This document shows positions 21,989 through 31,300 of a stretch of 37,720 nucleotides of DNA, one piece after another (within the stretch, counting starts at the first letter, position 1; every line of letters begins with the position of its first letter). Made by a program: the position numbers and the translations under genes. The notes under the pieces are model-generated. The model did no database searches. It was not told where the DNA came from and saw only the letters and a list, made by a program, of their open reading frames with translations. Where the stretch lies: IMG/VR virus record IMGVR_UViG_3300028601_000010, positions 1 to 37,720 of that record; one strand, written 5' to 3'. The DNA is from a virus.

Positions 21989-22062
21989 TTCCTGTTGGCC
22001 TCTTTGGTGCGGATCTCTTTTTTGACGAAAGCATAATACCTATATACCGCACATACCTATAT

Positions 22063-23067
22063 ATGGGAGAGCCATATCAGCATTCGCTGACGTTACAACG
22101 GTTAGGGACGTATCTCTCTAACGACGGTAAACAGGTGTTTTATACTCCCGAAGCGTTTTCAAACACAGAAACGTGGACAAACATTCCCGTTATTTTCGCT
22201 GAGGCTGTAGCAGGCATGCCTATAAAGCATCCTGATATGGGCTTAGTTTCTACTCGTTCTCCTTTACCGGACGGTTTTCGATACGTTGGCACTATCAACA
22301 CTGCCAATATCGCACCGACCGGTACACCGAGGATGGACGGACTCATTACATTTTCCGACGATCACGCTGAACAACTCGCGAAACTCGGCAAACTAGCCCC
22401 GTCGACTGGGTTCTGGTCTGATATATCGCCGGAAAGTGGTAAGAATAGTTGGAAGATAACCGGCAACGTCAGACCGAATCACCTCCTTGTTTTTGAACAG
22501 GGAGCCTGCCCGAATTGTTACAGTAACGATAACGGCGCGATGTTTTTAAACGTGAAACAGGAGACCAACACAATGGAACCCGAAACAGCAGATACAGAAT
22601 CTAAAGGATGGCTTAAAGCCATTTACGAGAAGCTCTGTAACACCAAACCTGATGCAACAGAGCACAACTCGAAACCAGAGGAGAAAATGGAAAATACCGT
22701 TAACCCGGAAATCTCTGCGCTTACCGCACAGATTGAAACTCTGAAAGCCGCGAATGTGGCGATTAGTGCCGAACATGAAGCACTGAAAGCCGCGACCATC
22801 AAAGCACAGAGAGATTCAGAATGGACCGCACTTAAGAACACTCTGCCGCCGGCATGGGTCGACGCAGAACACGAAGCGGAAACCCGCGAACTCGCTGAAA
22901 CCAGCCCGCTTGGGTTCGCACTGAAACTGACCGCGTTTAATACGAAAATCGGCAATGTGAAATCTGCCGAAGGCTCGTGCGCTTGTTCTGCCTCTGAAAA
23001 AGAGGTCATGCTCGCGAACGTGAAACAGCAGGAAGAGAAGATTGGTTACAGACCACTTGAGGAATAA
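22063..23067 (+). CDS. Putative scaffolding or prohead-maturation protein
   Basis: First gene of the structural operon, with no SD, so probably leaderless. It has a C-terminal coiled-coil (ISALTAQIETLKAANVAISAEHEALKAA) and lies upstream of the decoration and capsid genes. Confidence 0.55.
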   Translation: MGEPYQHSLTLQRLGTYLSNDGKQVFYTPEAFSNTETWTNIPVIFAEAVAGMPIKHPDMGLVSTRSPLPDGFRYVGTINTANIAPTGTPRMDGLITFSDDHAEQLAKLGKLAPSTGFWSDISPESGKNSWKITGNVRPNHLLVFEQGACPNCYSNDNGAMFLNVKQETNTMEPETADTESKGWLKAIYEKLCNTKPDATEHNSKPEEKMENTVNPEISALTAQIETLKAANVAISAEHEALKAATIKAQRDSEWTALKNTLPPAWVDAEHEAETRELAETSPLGFALKLTAFNTKIGNVKSAEGSCACSASEKEVMLANVKQQEEKIGYRPLEE

Positions 23068-23069
23068 AA

Positions 23070-23474
23070 ATGGCTTATAATTTAGGAGAAATTCAGCCCG
23101 GCGCGTATGTCATTAAGGCAACGGCGTCCGCGGCAATCACGAAAGGATATTTCGTTGTGATCACACCGTCCGGAGCGGCGCCAGCTGTGGCACTTTATGC
23201 CGGTGCAGAACCTACTGGAGTTGTCGGTGTCGCACTCGATGCCGCGGGGGCAAGCGGTGACGTTATCCGCGTTTGTATCGACGGCATGGTAGGTGTCAGA
23301 TGTGACACGACCGGTGTAGATGCATTCGATTTCGTCTCTAGTTCCAACGCCGGAAAAGCAGAAGTTGCAGATCTTGACGTAGATTATGTCCTTGGCATTG
23401 CTCTTGATGTGGGAGCCGCCAATGGTGTCGCACTTATCAAACTTAATCAGATCACAGGAGTACTGAGCGCATAA
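23070..23474 (+). CDS. Head decoration protein (DUF2190-like)
   Basis: A 134-aa Gly/Ala/Val-rich beta protein immediately before the capsid gene. GAGGA SD. Confidence 0.7.
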   Translation: MAYNLGEIQPGAYVIKATASAAITKGYFVVITPSGAAPAVALYAGAEPTGVVGVALDAAGASGDVIRVCIDGMVGVRCDTTGVDAFDFVSSSNAGKAEVADLDVDYVLGIALDVGAANGVALIKLNQITGVLSA

Positions 23475-24319
23475 TGGCAGTTAATGGAGTAATTTCAAAG
23501 GATAAACTTGAGAATATCCTCTATCAGCGTCAGATTATCAATGACGTTCTGATTGCATCGCAGAGCTACGGCTCACTGATGAACCCGGCAATCATTAAAC
23601 GTGTTGCTGTCAATGGGACCAAGGTCTCTCTTTCCACTATGGACGCGGTCTCTATCGCAACCGACCTGCGGGAGTTTGAAGCGTCTAACGTCCAGTCACC
23701 GGACTTCGGGTCAATTGATGTAGACCTTTACGCTGATGAGATGCGTATCGCATTCAGCGATGAAGCACTGATGAACCCGACCATTGCCGACCCCATGTCA
23801 CTCGCAAAGGCCAACGCGGCAGTTGGGTTCGCATCCAAGCTTGATTACAAAATTGGAAAAGCGCTTGACCTTACCCCGACGGCAGGAACCACGTGGGATT
23901 ATGACGGGGTTTCATTCCTTGACGCGGTCGCAGATGCAGTTGGCAAACTCTCACCATACAGACTGACCGGTATTGCATGCGGTGCAAAGGCATACGGTCA
24001 GATCATGTCGTCCGTCAATTCCAGTGTTTACAGAGTTTCTGGTATGACCGTCCAGAACGGCATTAACATGCTTCCGGGTTATAACGTCCCGATCGTCATG
24101 TCTACCGTCCTTGACACCATCGACGCTGACTCTGTGTATTTCGTGTCCAACGAAGCACCCGGCGCATACCTCTTTGAGGGTCAGTATAAAGCCCGTGTCT
24201 ACGACGACCCAGACACCCGTTCGACTATCCTGCAGGCAAACGTCTGGAACGCTGTCAAATCCAACATCCGTCAGGTGTCCAATACTAACAAAGGCGTCGT
24301 CGAGACGGCAATCACTTAA
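23474..24319 (+). CDS. Major capsid protein (called by synteny)
   Basis: 281 aa, TAATG-coupled to the decoration gene. The position is canonical. Confidence 0.7.
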   Translation: MAVNGVISKDKLENILYQRQIINDVLIASQSYGSLMNPAIIKRVAVNGTKVSLSTMDAVSIATDLREFEASNVQSPDFGSIDVDLYADEMRIAFSDEALMNPTIADPMSLAKANAAVGFASKLDYKIGKALDLTPTAGTTWDYDGVSFLDAVADAVGKLSPYRLTGIACGAKAYGQIMSSVNSSVYRVSGMTVQNGINMLPGYNVPIVMSTVLDTIDADSVYFVSNEAPGAYLFEGQYKARVYDDPDTRSTILQANVWNAVKSNIRQVSNTNKGVVETAIT

Positions 24320-24344
24320 TCTGGTTAAATAGGAGGTCTTTTTA

Positions 24345-24797
24345 ATGACTAATTTACCGAGAGATAATATAAAGGGCGTTATGGGGAGTTTAGTTGATGC
24401 TATATCCCCCCAGAACGTTTTTCCGTATCGCACTTCGTTATCTCGCACGATCATCGCCAGCCAGTCTGCTGTATCAGTAATTACGGTACCTGCGGGTAAC
24501 CAGTGGTTATGTCATGTGTATGGCTCATCTGACGAGGTCACATATGCCATCTACAAAACACCGACATTTACCGGGGGCACGGACTCGAAGATATACCACG
24601 CCGATTTATCTAAAGCTGGGTTAGCCGCAGGGACGCTCAAGAGGGATGTAACTGCCACGGCTGACGGCACGCTGAAATTTGTCGGGTCGAAGGAGTTCAC
24701 AGTGATGTTTGAGGCGGGATCTGTCTACCTTATAAAAATGACCAATCCAACCGCTGGAAACGTGACTATCCTGACCGATGTCAGTATTAGGACGTGA
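24345..24797 (+). CDS. Structural protein, unknown role
   Basis: AGGAGG SD. Lies within the head-completion block. Confidence 0.6.
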   Translation: MTNLPRDNIKGVMGSLVDAISPQNVFPYRTSLSRTIIASQSAVSVITVPAGNQWLCHVYGSSDEVTYAIYKTPTFTGGTDSKIYHADLSKAGLAAGTLKRDVTATADGTLKFVGSKEFTVMFEAGSVYLIKMTNPTAGNVTILTDVSIRT

Positions 24798-25255
24798 TTA
24801 TCTTGATTAGTTATGACACAGGTGCATATGATGCGTATGGTGTCGTATCGTCAGGATTTTCCGAAATAAAACATTTGATGCCGCTTCTCACCCCATACAC
24901 ATTAGAGGATAATACCTCTAACGGCGCGTATTACGCAATTGCACATAACCGCGTGTATCAAGACGCACCGGGAATATCCGGGTTAGACGCGACCTTTGCC
25001 ATGTGCTGGTATATTGCATATCTGATATCAGGCACAGACGGACCGCGGGTTATTACTTCCGAAAAGATAGGTAATTCCGCGTGGGGGTATGGAGCACAGA
25101 CCGAAAGCGACGGATATCTGGCAAAATACGAATTGGCGATACAGAAATATGTGAACAATGATATAGCTTCGGTTTATGCAACCGGAGTTATCCACGAGGA
25201 CGCCGTAGAATGTTCTTCCGACGTCATACCCTGCTGGTGTTTAAATTATGACTGA
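24794..25255 (+). CDS. Structural protein, possible head-tail connector
   Basis: GTGA overlap with the upstream gene. Called on position only. Confidence 0.5.
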   Translation: MIILISYDTGAYDAYGVVSSGFSEIKHLMPLLTPYTLEDNTSNGAYYAIAHNRVYQDAPGISGLDATFAMCWYIAYLISGTDGPRVITSEKIGNSAWGYGAQTESDGYLAKYELAIQKYVNNDIASVYATGVIHEDAVECSSDVIPCWCLNYD

Positions 25256-25490
25256 GGACTACAGCGCACATACACCCCAACTTTCTAACCGGTCAAGAAC
25301 GTTTGAAGATAATGTTATTGACAGATTGGGACGCATTGAAACGAGGATAGATTACATCGAAGCCAATATCCGCGACTGCTCGACTGATAAAAAGCAACTG
25401 AGTAACGTCTTTGTAGCGGCTGTATGTTCATCCATAGGTGCAGTTGTTGCCTCCGTGATAATTTACATGATCGGGTTAGGACCCCTCTAA
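25248..25490 (+). CDS. Small protein with a C-terminal transmembrane helix
   Basis: The helix VFVAAVCSSIGAVVASVIIYMIGLG lies at the extreme C-terminus. Confidence 0.6.
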   Translation: MTEDYSAHTPQLSNRSRTFEDNVIDRLGRIETRIDYIEANIRDCSTDKKQLSNVFVAAVCSSIGAVVASVIIYMIGLGPL

Positions 25491-25609
25491 AATATGGGTA
25501 TGAGTATGATGTTTAACACCACCAACCAAACAACAATGGATTACAGACACGCTACAGAGCCACGCCACGCGGTTTTAAGGCGCTTTAATCACGAGGAGGT
25601 ATAAACACT

Positions 25610-25918
25610 ATGGCATCATACCCAATATCAGGACTCCTGAACCAGTCTGTAATAGTTGCCCCGTTTGTGTCTCGTGTAGATGGTGACGCCACATATGGCA
25701 CTCCCGTAACCCACGCATGCCGGATAGATTACACTATCAGACGGACATACAACGCAACGGGGACGGAAGTCACATCTACCGCCACCGTGTTCATCGCGGC
25801 TTTTATCGGCAAAGAGGATAAGATCACGTTCCCAGACGGCACGATAAAATCAGTTATCGGTGTAAACTATGGGTACGATCGTGCGGGTGTATTTGGGCAC
25901 TCGGAGGTTATGGTATGA
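25610..25918 (+). CDS. Head-tail adaptor or head-closure protein (putative)
   Basis: GGAGG SD, 102 aa. Called on position and size. Confidence 0.55.
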   Translation: MASYPISGLLNQSVIVAPFVSRVDGDATYGTPVTHACRIDYTIRRTYNATGTEVTSTATVFIAAFIGKEDKITFPDGTIKSVIGVNYGYDRAGVFGHSEVMV

Positions 25919-26364
25919 CTGGACTTACAACCGTCACTAAGAAGGATACCGGCATGTATATCGCGAACGTTGAGGGACTCACTGCGAAACTTGATAGATA
26001 TGCTGATGATATGCTGGATAAAGTGATTCAGGGTCTCAAGGAATGCGGGGGGGAACTGTCGGCGGAATCGGTCAAACTAACACCGGTAGATGTCGGAGAA
26101 ATGCGCTCGCGGTCGTTTGTATCTGACGTCTACGTCAACGAATCCGGTAACCTTGAAATTGCAGTCGGGTTTGAACGGCACGGAGTCGAGACGGGAACAG
26201 TTAACCCGAAATCAAAGGGTGTATTGTATGCCGTCCCTCTGCACGAACGAACAAACGTCAGGCACAAGGTCGGACAGGCGAAGTTTTTAGAAACCGCCCG
26301 GAACAACTTCGAGCGTGAATTTTTACAGTCGATGAGGGAATACTGCAGAGAGGCGAAACCATGA
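25915..26364 (+). CDS. HK97 gp10-like neck/tail component (putative)
   Basis: ATGA overlap. Called on position and size. Confidence 0.55.
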   Translation: MTGLTTVTKKDTGMYIANVEGLTAKLDRYADDMLDKVIQGLKECGGELSAESVKLTPVDVGEMRSRSFVSDVYVNESGNLEIAVGFERHGVETGTVNPKSKGVLYAVPLHERTNVRHKVGQAKFLETARNNFEREFLQSMREYCREAKP

Positions 26365-26753
26365 GCGTTGGCGACGATATGAAAACCCTGTTAACCACTG
26401 CCGGGGTGACGGCTAACAAGAACTATCTTGATATGTCAGTCCAGAACGCAGTGGCTATTATGGAAACAGGTGGGTTTAGTCCGATAAAATGCCACGGTGG
26501 GCATGCAACAACCGTTACATTCGACCGCCCATCATTTCAGATCCTCGTGCACAACGCTTCAAAAGCTACCGCGAACACGGTTATTGATACCATCATAACC
26601 GCGCTCGATAACCGGGCGAATGAAACGATCAACGGGCATTTTTACCAATCCGTTCGGATGAGCACCCCGCCGTATTATTTGGGTCTTTTACAGACCGGAG
26701 CGGGCGAAACAAACGAGTATTCAATTAATTTTGTTACTCAGAAAAACAGGTAA
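26361..26753 (+). CDS. Tail completion/terminator protein (putative)
   Basis: ATGA overlap. It lies immediately before the major tail protein. Confidence 0.55.
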   Translation: MSVGDDMKTLLTTAGVTANKNYLDMSVQNAVAIMETGGFSPIKCHGGHATTVTFDRPSFQILVHNASKATANTVIDTIITALDNRANETINGHFYQSVRMSTPPYYLGLLQTGAGETNEYSINFVTQKNR

Positions 26754-26759
26754 TTTATC

Positions 26760-27164
26760 ATGGTAAGCATTGGAAAAACTAGTACATTACTCAGCACGAC
26801 CGTAGTAACTCTCGGGACCGTGCTGTCAATTGGCGAATATTCATTTAGTCGCGGCGACATTGAGGACACTGCATACGGTGTAGGACTCTGGAGAACATTC
26901 ATTGCCGGTCTTAACGACGGGGGGTCAATCTCGTTCACGATCGCACAGGCAAAAACAGAAGCGGGAATCGCTACCCTTGATGGGCTGTTTGCATCCGGCG
27001 CGTCTGAGACATGGACGTTAACGTTCCCGGACGGATCTAAATGGGTGTTTTCCGGATTTGTGAACAGCATTGGCGGTAGTCAGCCGCTGGACGGACTTGT
27101 AACCATGACGTTCAGTATCCGTATTGATGGCAAGACCCCGCCAGATTACACGGCAGGAACATAA
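26760..27164 (+). CDS. Major tail protein (non-contractile tail tube)
   Basis: 134 aa with the typical pattern ..EDTAYG..FIAGLNDGGSISF..WTLTFPDGS..FSGFV. It is followed by the G/G-T chaperones and the tape measure. No sheath gene is present. Confidence 0.8.
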   Translation: MVSIGKTSTLLSTTVVTLGTVLSIGEYSFSRGDIEDTAYGVGLWRTFIAGLNDGGSISFTIAQAKTEAGIATLDGLFASGASETWTLTFPDGSKWVFSGFVNSIGGSQPLDGLVTMTFSIRIDGKTPPDYTAGT

Positions 27165-27166
27165 TA

Positions 27167-27475
27167 ATGAAGATTGTGAAAATCAAAGGCGAGGAGTATA
27201 AAATACTCCCCTCTTTAAAAAACATGTGTCTCATTGAAGATGATATGCCGGGGTATAATTTAGCTCTCGGCGTGCCCGCAGATAAAGCCAATTTGCATTT
27301 CATGGCATCATGTATCAAACGGTGCATTGTGACAATGGACGACAAACCCCTGCCCAAAGAGGTATTTGAGGATATTTTCACCCGCGACACTGACGAGGAA
27401 TTTAACGAGATATTTCTTGCGGTGTTCACTGAAATGTATAAACTCCCCCCGAAGGACGAATCGGCAAAAAACTGA
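27167..27475 (+). CDS. Tail assembly chaperone (gpG-like)
   Basis: Lies between the tail tube and tape measure genes. It ends in the slippery site A_AAA_AAC. Confidence 0.8.
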   Translation: MKIVKIKGEEYKILPSLKNMCLIEDDMPGYNLALGVPADKANLHFMASCIKRCIVTMDDKPLPKEVFEDIFTRDTDEEFNEIFLAVFTEMYKLPPKDESAKN

Positions 27476-27813
27476 AACCGTTTACCGGCGGTAATTTACA
27501 CGATTACTGGGACTCTCTCGTGACTAGTGGATTATTTGACGACCCGATACAGGTAGGGAGATACACATTATACCAGATATCTTTAATTGTCAAGGGCAAA
27601 CATGCCAGAAATCGCCGGGAAGATATGTATAACGGGAACATCGTAGCTATGTTATATAATGTCAATCGCGGTAAGGGTGTAGATCCGATCACGTGGAAAG
27701 ATGTTTATCCAGACGAAATTGTGGAAATCCGGGAACAATCGGTAAATGAAATGCAGGAAATAGCCAAAGCAATCACAAAAGCACTTGGAGGGACAATATC
27801 AGAATGTCGTTAG
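27167..27813 (+). CDS. Tail assembly chaperone G-T fusion, produced by the -1 frameshift at 27466..27472
   Basis: ORF 27520..27813 is in the -1 frame relative to 27167..27475, with no intervening stop after the slip site. Confidence 0.7.
27466..27472 (+). other. Programmed -1 ribosomal frameshift heptamer A_AAA_AAC
   Basis: 0-frame codons are GCA AAA AAC TGA. The -1 frame is open from 27472 through 27813 (CTG AAA CCG TTT ... GTG ACT AGT). Confidence 0.75.
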
Positions 27814-30422
27814 ACGTCGGTACATTAAATGCATACCTTAAATTGGATTCAACCCAGTTCACCGCGGCATTACTCACGGCTCAGGCAAAAACCCAAGAGT
27901 TTACGGCGAGTATAGTTGCATCTGGTAAAGTCGTATCGTCTTTCGGAACAAAACTGATGTTAGGCGTAACTGCCCCGCTTACTATAATGGGGGGTCTTGC
28001 TGTCAAGACCGCGGCAAGTTTTGACGACTCAATGAGACAGGTTCAGGCCGTTACGGGTGCGACCGGTGACCAGTTTGACATGCTTCGGCAACAGGCTATA
28101 GATTTAGGTGCGGACACTGCTTGGTCTGCGTCAGAGTCGGCAGAAGCAATGCGGTATCTTGGTATGGCAGGCCTGACAGTCAACGAAGTGTATGAAGCCA
28201 CACCTCAGATGTTATCTCTGGCGTCCGCCGGAGTGATGGACCTTGCCACAGCCGCTGACATTGCGACCAATGTATTATCTGGATTTAATCTAAAGGTTGC
28301 GGATTTGGCGCATGTATCAGATATCCTCGCGGAGGCATCTAGATTATCTAATACCTCAGTCGAACAACTGGGGAGTGCTATGGCTTATGTTGGTCCGGTA
28401 GCATCCGCCGCTAACCAATCAATTGAGATGACGACCGCCGCAATTCAGGTTATGTCTAATGCCGGTATTCAGGGCACTATGGCGGGCACTGCGTTACGTG
28501 GGGCGTTAACGGGTTTGTTATCTCCAACCTCGGAAGCCAGAGATATCCTCGCTTCTTACGGCATAACCGCCGCAGAAGTCAACCCCGAAATAAATTCATT
28601 GTCTGAAATTATTGATGTTCTCGGCACTGCCGGATTATCAACCGCCGACGCCATGGTTATCTTTGGAGACCGCGCCGGGCCGGGTATGTTAACACTTCTT
28701 GCCGCAGGGAGTCAGACGATAGACGAATATACCGCCGCGCTTGAAGATTGCGACGGAGCCGCCCAGACAATGGCAGAAACCATGGAAGGCGGTGCAGGAG
28801 GAGCACTCAGGCAGTTAGAAGGACAGATCGAAACGTTATCTATCACGTTTGGCGACCTTTTATCAGACGCTATTATGCCCGTGGTTGTGGCTATAGGGGA
28901 CATGGCGGATTGGTTATCCAATCTAGACGAAGGCACCCAACGGGTTATTGTAGTTACGGCTATGTTCGCCGCGGGGTTAGGTCCAGCGCTGTGGGCTGTC
29001 GGGTCGCTCGCATCTGGAGTGGGCGCACTGATTACCGTATATGGAGCTTATCAAGCGTCCACAATCGCGGCAACCATTGCGACAAAGGGATTAACGGTCG
29101 CGATAATGACAAACCCGGTTGGGCTTGCTGTCGTTGGAGTGGCCGCTCTTGCCGCCGCGTTATTGCCTCTGATATTACGCACAGATGACGCGAAAGTATC
29201 GCAGGTGGAGTATAACAAAGCACTCGCTGAAACGCCGAACGTCGCCAAAGTGGCAGACGATGAACTTAATAATTACATCGAGACGTTGATTAAGGCCCGG
29301 GATGAAACACGGGCTATTATTGATGTTCTTGAAGGTAATAAAACCGCAAACGACAATCTGACATATTCAGTCCGTGAACAAACCGACGCGCTCAGATACC
29401 TTACTGATAATCAAAAAGAAGCGTACGCATCCACCCTTAAGCTAAAGGCGGCCGAAGATGACGCCGCGATAGCCATTTATATGACGGAGCAGGCGACTAG
29501 GTCTCTTGCGGCCGGGGCAAAGGTCGCATACGATGAAGCTTCTAAATCTGTAACCAACCATAAAAAGGAAGTTTCCAGTTTACAGTCTGAGTATGACGAC
29601 CTGAAAGACACTATCGACCGTGCGCTTGGTATTGACAAAGAGATTGAAGTGGCAGACCGCGGGGTCGAACGCGCCGATATCAGCTTGATACGTGCCAAAC
29701 AGGATTTGGAAAATATCCGCAAAGAGTTGGAAGAGGCGCGCAAGTCTGGATCTACCGAAGATATCGCGGGGTTACTTCTCCGTGAACGGTCAGCAATACT
29801 TGATGTGGCCGACGCAGAAGATCGTTACGCCAAAGCACTCGAGGAAGCGTCCACAAAACAGGCTGACAAGGTCGAGCTCGAAGAGAAACTGAACGGTGAC
29901 AGTATCGAAAGTGCGCAGACCAGATTAGAAACCCTCGCGGCACAACTGAAAACCGAACAGACCGACCTTGAAAACGCACTGGCGGCACAGGAAGAAGCGC
30001 AGATATCACACGAGAATCTGATGAACCAGATTGATGTTGACGCACTCACCACGAAATCCGCGAACTGGGCGGCGTATGTGCAATATGTTGCTGACCATCC
30101 AGCAATAGCGGCAACGTATCATGTTGAATACGACGCGGACGGTAATGCTATAGGTGGATTACCCAAGATACCGCCGGTTGTGGATATTCCGTTGCCATCT
30201 TATGCATCACTGCCGACCTATACCTCATTACCATCAGACGGATTATCTAACATGACCCGAGGGTCTGCGGTTGATGTGAACGGTGGAAACACCCCACAGA
30301 CAGTGATAACGAATAGCCCTACGGTGGTAGTTAATGCGCAAACCAACGCCAACCCCGGTGAAATAGCTATGACAGCCTCGCGGGAAGTTGGTAGATTATA
30401 TGCGGGAGGAATGGGGATATGA
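27804..30422 (+). CDS. Tape measure protein
   Basis: 872 aa with hydrophobic central segments and a long coiled-coil. The position is canonical. Confidence 0.9.
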   Translation: MSLDVGTLNAYLKLDSTQFTAALLTAQAKTQEFTASIVASGKVVSSFGTKLMLGVTAPLTIMGGLAVKTAASFDDSMRQVQAVTGATGDQFDMLRQQAIDLGADTAWSASESAEAMRYLGMAGLTVNEVYEATPQMLSLASAGVMDLATAADIATNVLSGFNLKVADLAHVSDILAEASRLSNTSVEQLGSAMAYVGPVASAANQSIEMTTAAIQVMSNAGIQGTMAGTALRGALTGLLSPTSEARDILASYGITAAEVNPEINSLSEIIDVLGTAGLSTADAMVIFGDRAGPGMLTLLAAGSQTIDEYTAALEDCDGAAQTMAETMEGGAGGALRQLEGQIETLSITFGDLLSDAIMPVVVAIGDMADWLSNLDEGTQRVIVVTAMFAAGLGPALWAVGSLASGVGALITVYGAYQASTIAATIATKGLTVAIMTNPVGLAVVGVAALAAALLPLILRTDDAKVSQVEYNKALAETPNVAKVADDELNNYIETLIKARDETRAIIDVLEGNKTANDNLTYSVREQTDALRYLTDNQKEAYASTLKLKAAEDDAAIAIYMTEQATRSLAAGAKVAYDEASKSVTNHKKEVSSLQSEYDDLKDTIDRALGIDKEIEVADRGVERADISLIRAKQDLENIRKELEEARKSGSTEDIAGLLLRERSAILDVADAEDRYAKALEEASTKQADKVELEEKLNGDSIESAQTRLETLAAQLKTEQTDLENALAAQEEAQISHENLMNQIDVDALTTKSANWAAYVQYVADHPAIAATYHVEYDADGNAIGGLPKIPPVVDIPLPSYASLPTYTSLPSDGLSNMTRGSAVDVNGGNTPQTVITNSPTVVVNAQTNANPGEIAMTASREVGRLYAGGMGI

Positions 30423-31300
30423 CAATCTTAAACCAACCATACGGTATGATCGGTTCAAAAGGCGAACTGTTACAGTTTGACGGTGTTAAATATAGTTTGC
30501 TTGTTGAAGGGTTAACGGGGGTATCCCATTATCCCGTGTCTCATGACTCTACCGCCACGCCCGGGATGATCGGCGAACTGTATCATACTTCGACGATAGG
30601 CAAACGGTTATTATCGTTTGTCCTGATGGTTTACGGCGCGAACCGTGCCGAACTTGAGACTAACAGAAGCGCGTTTATCAGTGCGATTAACCCAATTTAT
30701 GGAAAAAGTGTATTGTTGTGGAAACGCGCTAATGGGGTTATCGTCGCGCTTGATGTAATCCCGGACGACGGGACACCGTCTTTTAGAAACGATGTTCTCG
30801 ACAATGCCACGTCATGGAAGGGATACTGTGATTTTATCGCATTTGACCCATGTTATTATGACGAAAATGAGGTGGAATCCACAGTTCAGGGGTATATCGG
30901 CGGGTTTACAATACCGTTTACCGTGCCGTTTACCCTCGGAACATCTGACAGTCTCGCATCGCTTTATAACGCCGGTGATACTCCCACACCGTGTATTATT
31001 ACGCTCACCGGGATGATGGAAAACCCGATAGTAACCAATGTTACAACGGGCGAATTTATCTTGGTGAAGCAGACGATAGCGGACAATGAAACGCTCGTTA
31101 TCAATACAAAACACGGGAGTAAATCAGTTACTTTGATTGATTCAGACGACCTAGAAACAAATGCACTAAACTATGTGACCAGCACCAGCAAGTTTTTCCA
31201 ACTCGCCCCGGGGTTTAACACAATCAGGTTTACTGCAACGACACAGGGAATTAACGCGAGTGGGAAACTCGTTTATAACCCTAGATGGATATCATTATGA
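30419..31300 (+). CDS. Distal tail protein (Dit-like)
   Basis: ATGA overlap with the tape measure gene. 293 aa. Called by synteny. Confidence 0.7.
   Translation: MTILNQPYGMIGSKGELLQFDGVKYSLLVEGLTGVSHYPVSHDSTATPGMIGELYHTSTIGKRLLSFVLMVYGANRAELETNRSAFISAINPIYGKSVLLWKRANGVIVALDVIPDDGTPSFRNDVLDNATSWKGYCDFIAFDPCYYDENEVESTVQGYIGGFTIPFTVPFTLGTSDSLASLYNAGDTPTPCIITLTGMMENPIVTNVTTGEFILVKQTIADNETLVINTKHGSKSVTLIDSDDLETNALNYVTSTSKFFQLAPGFNTIRFTATTQGINASGKLVYNPRWISL

Noticed and set aside
22039-22048. A second promoter class defined by (G/C)TATATACC, seen at 22041, 17608 and 16733, and on the minus strand at 4963
   Set aside because: The distances to the downstream ATGs are inconsistent (14, 41, 30 and 1 nt). 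I cannot support it as a defined motif. I kept it only as a hint for an internal promoter of the HNH ORF and a TATA-like element upstream of the structural operon.
27520-27813. Independent 97-aa gene between the chaperone and the tape measure
   Set aside because: It has a GTG start with no SD. The frame is open back to the A_AAA_AAC slip site of the upstream gene, so it is better explained as the T part of a G-T frameshift product.
28748-29188. 146-aa Arg/Gly-rich ORF, and several minus-strand ORFs, inside the tape measure gene
   Set aside because: These are alternate-frame or antisense ORFs in a GC-richer, repetitive coding region. Their composition is biased, they have no start context, and they are fully nested in a confidently called gene. 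The same reasoning applies to 22623..23009, 23951..24454, 31951..32370, 32943..33446 and 35455..35844.
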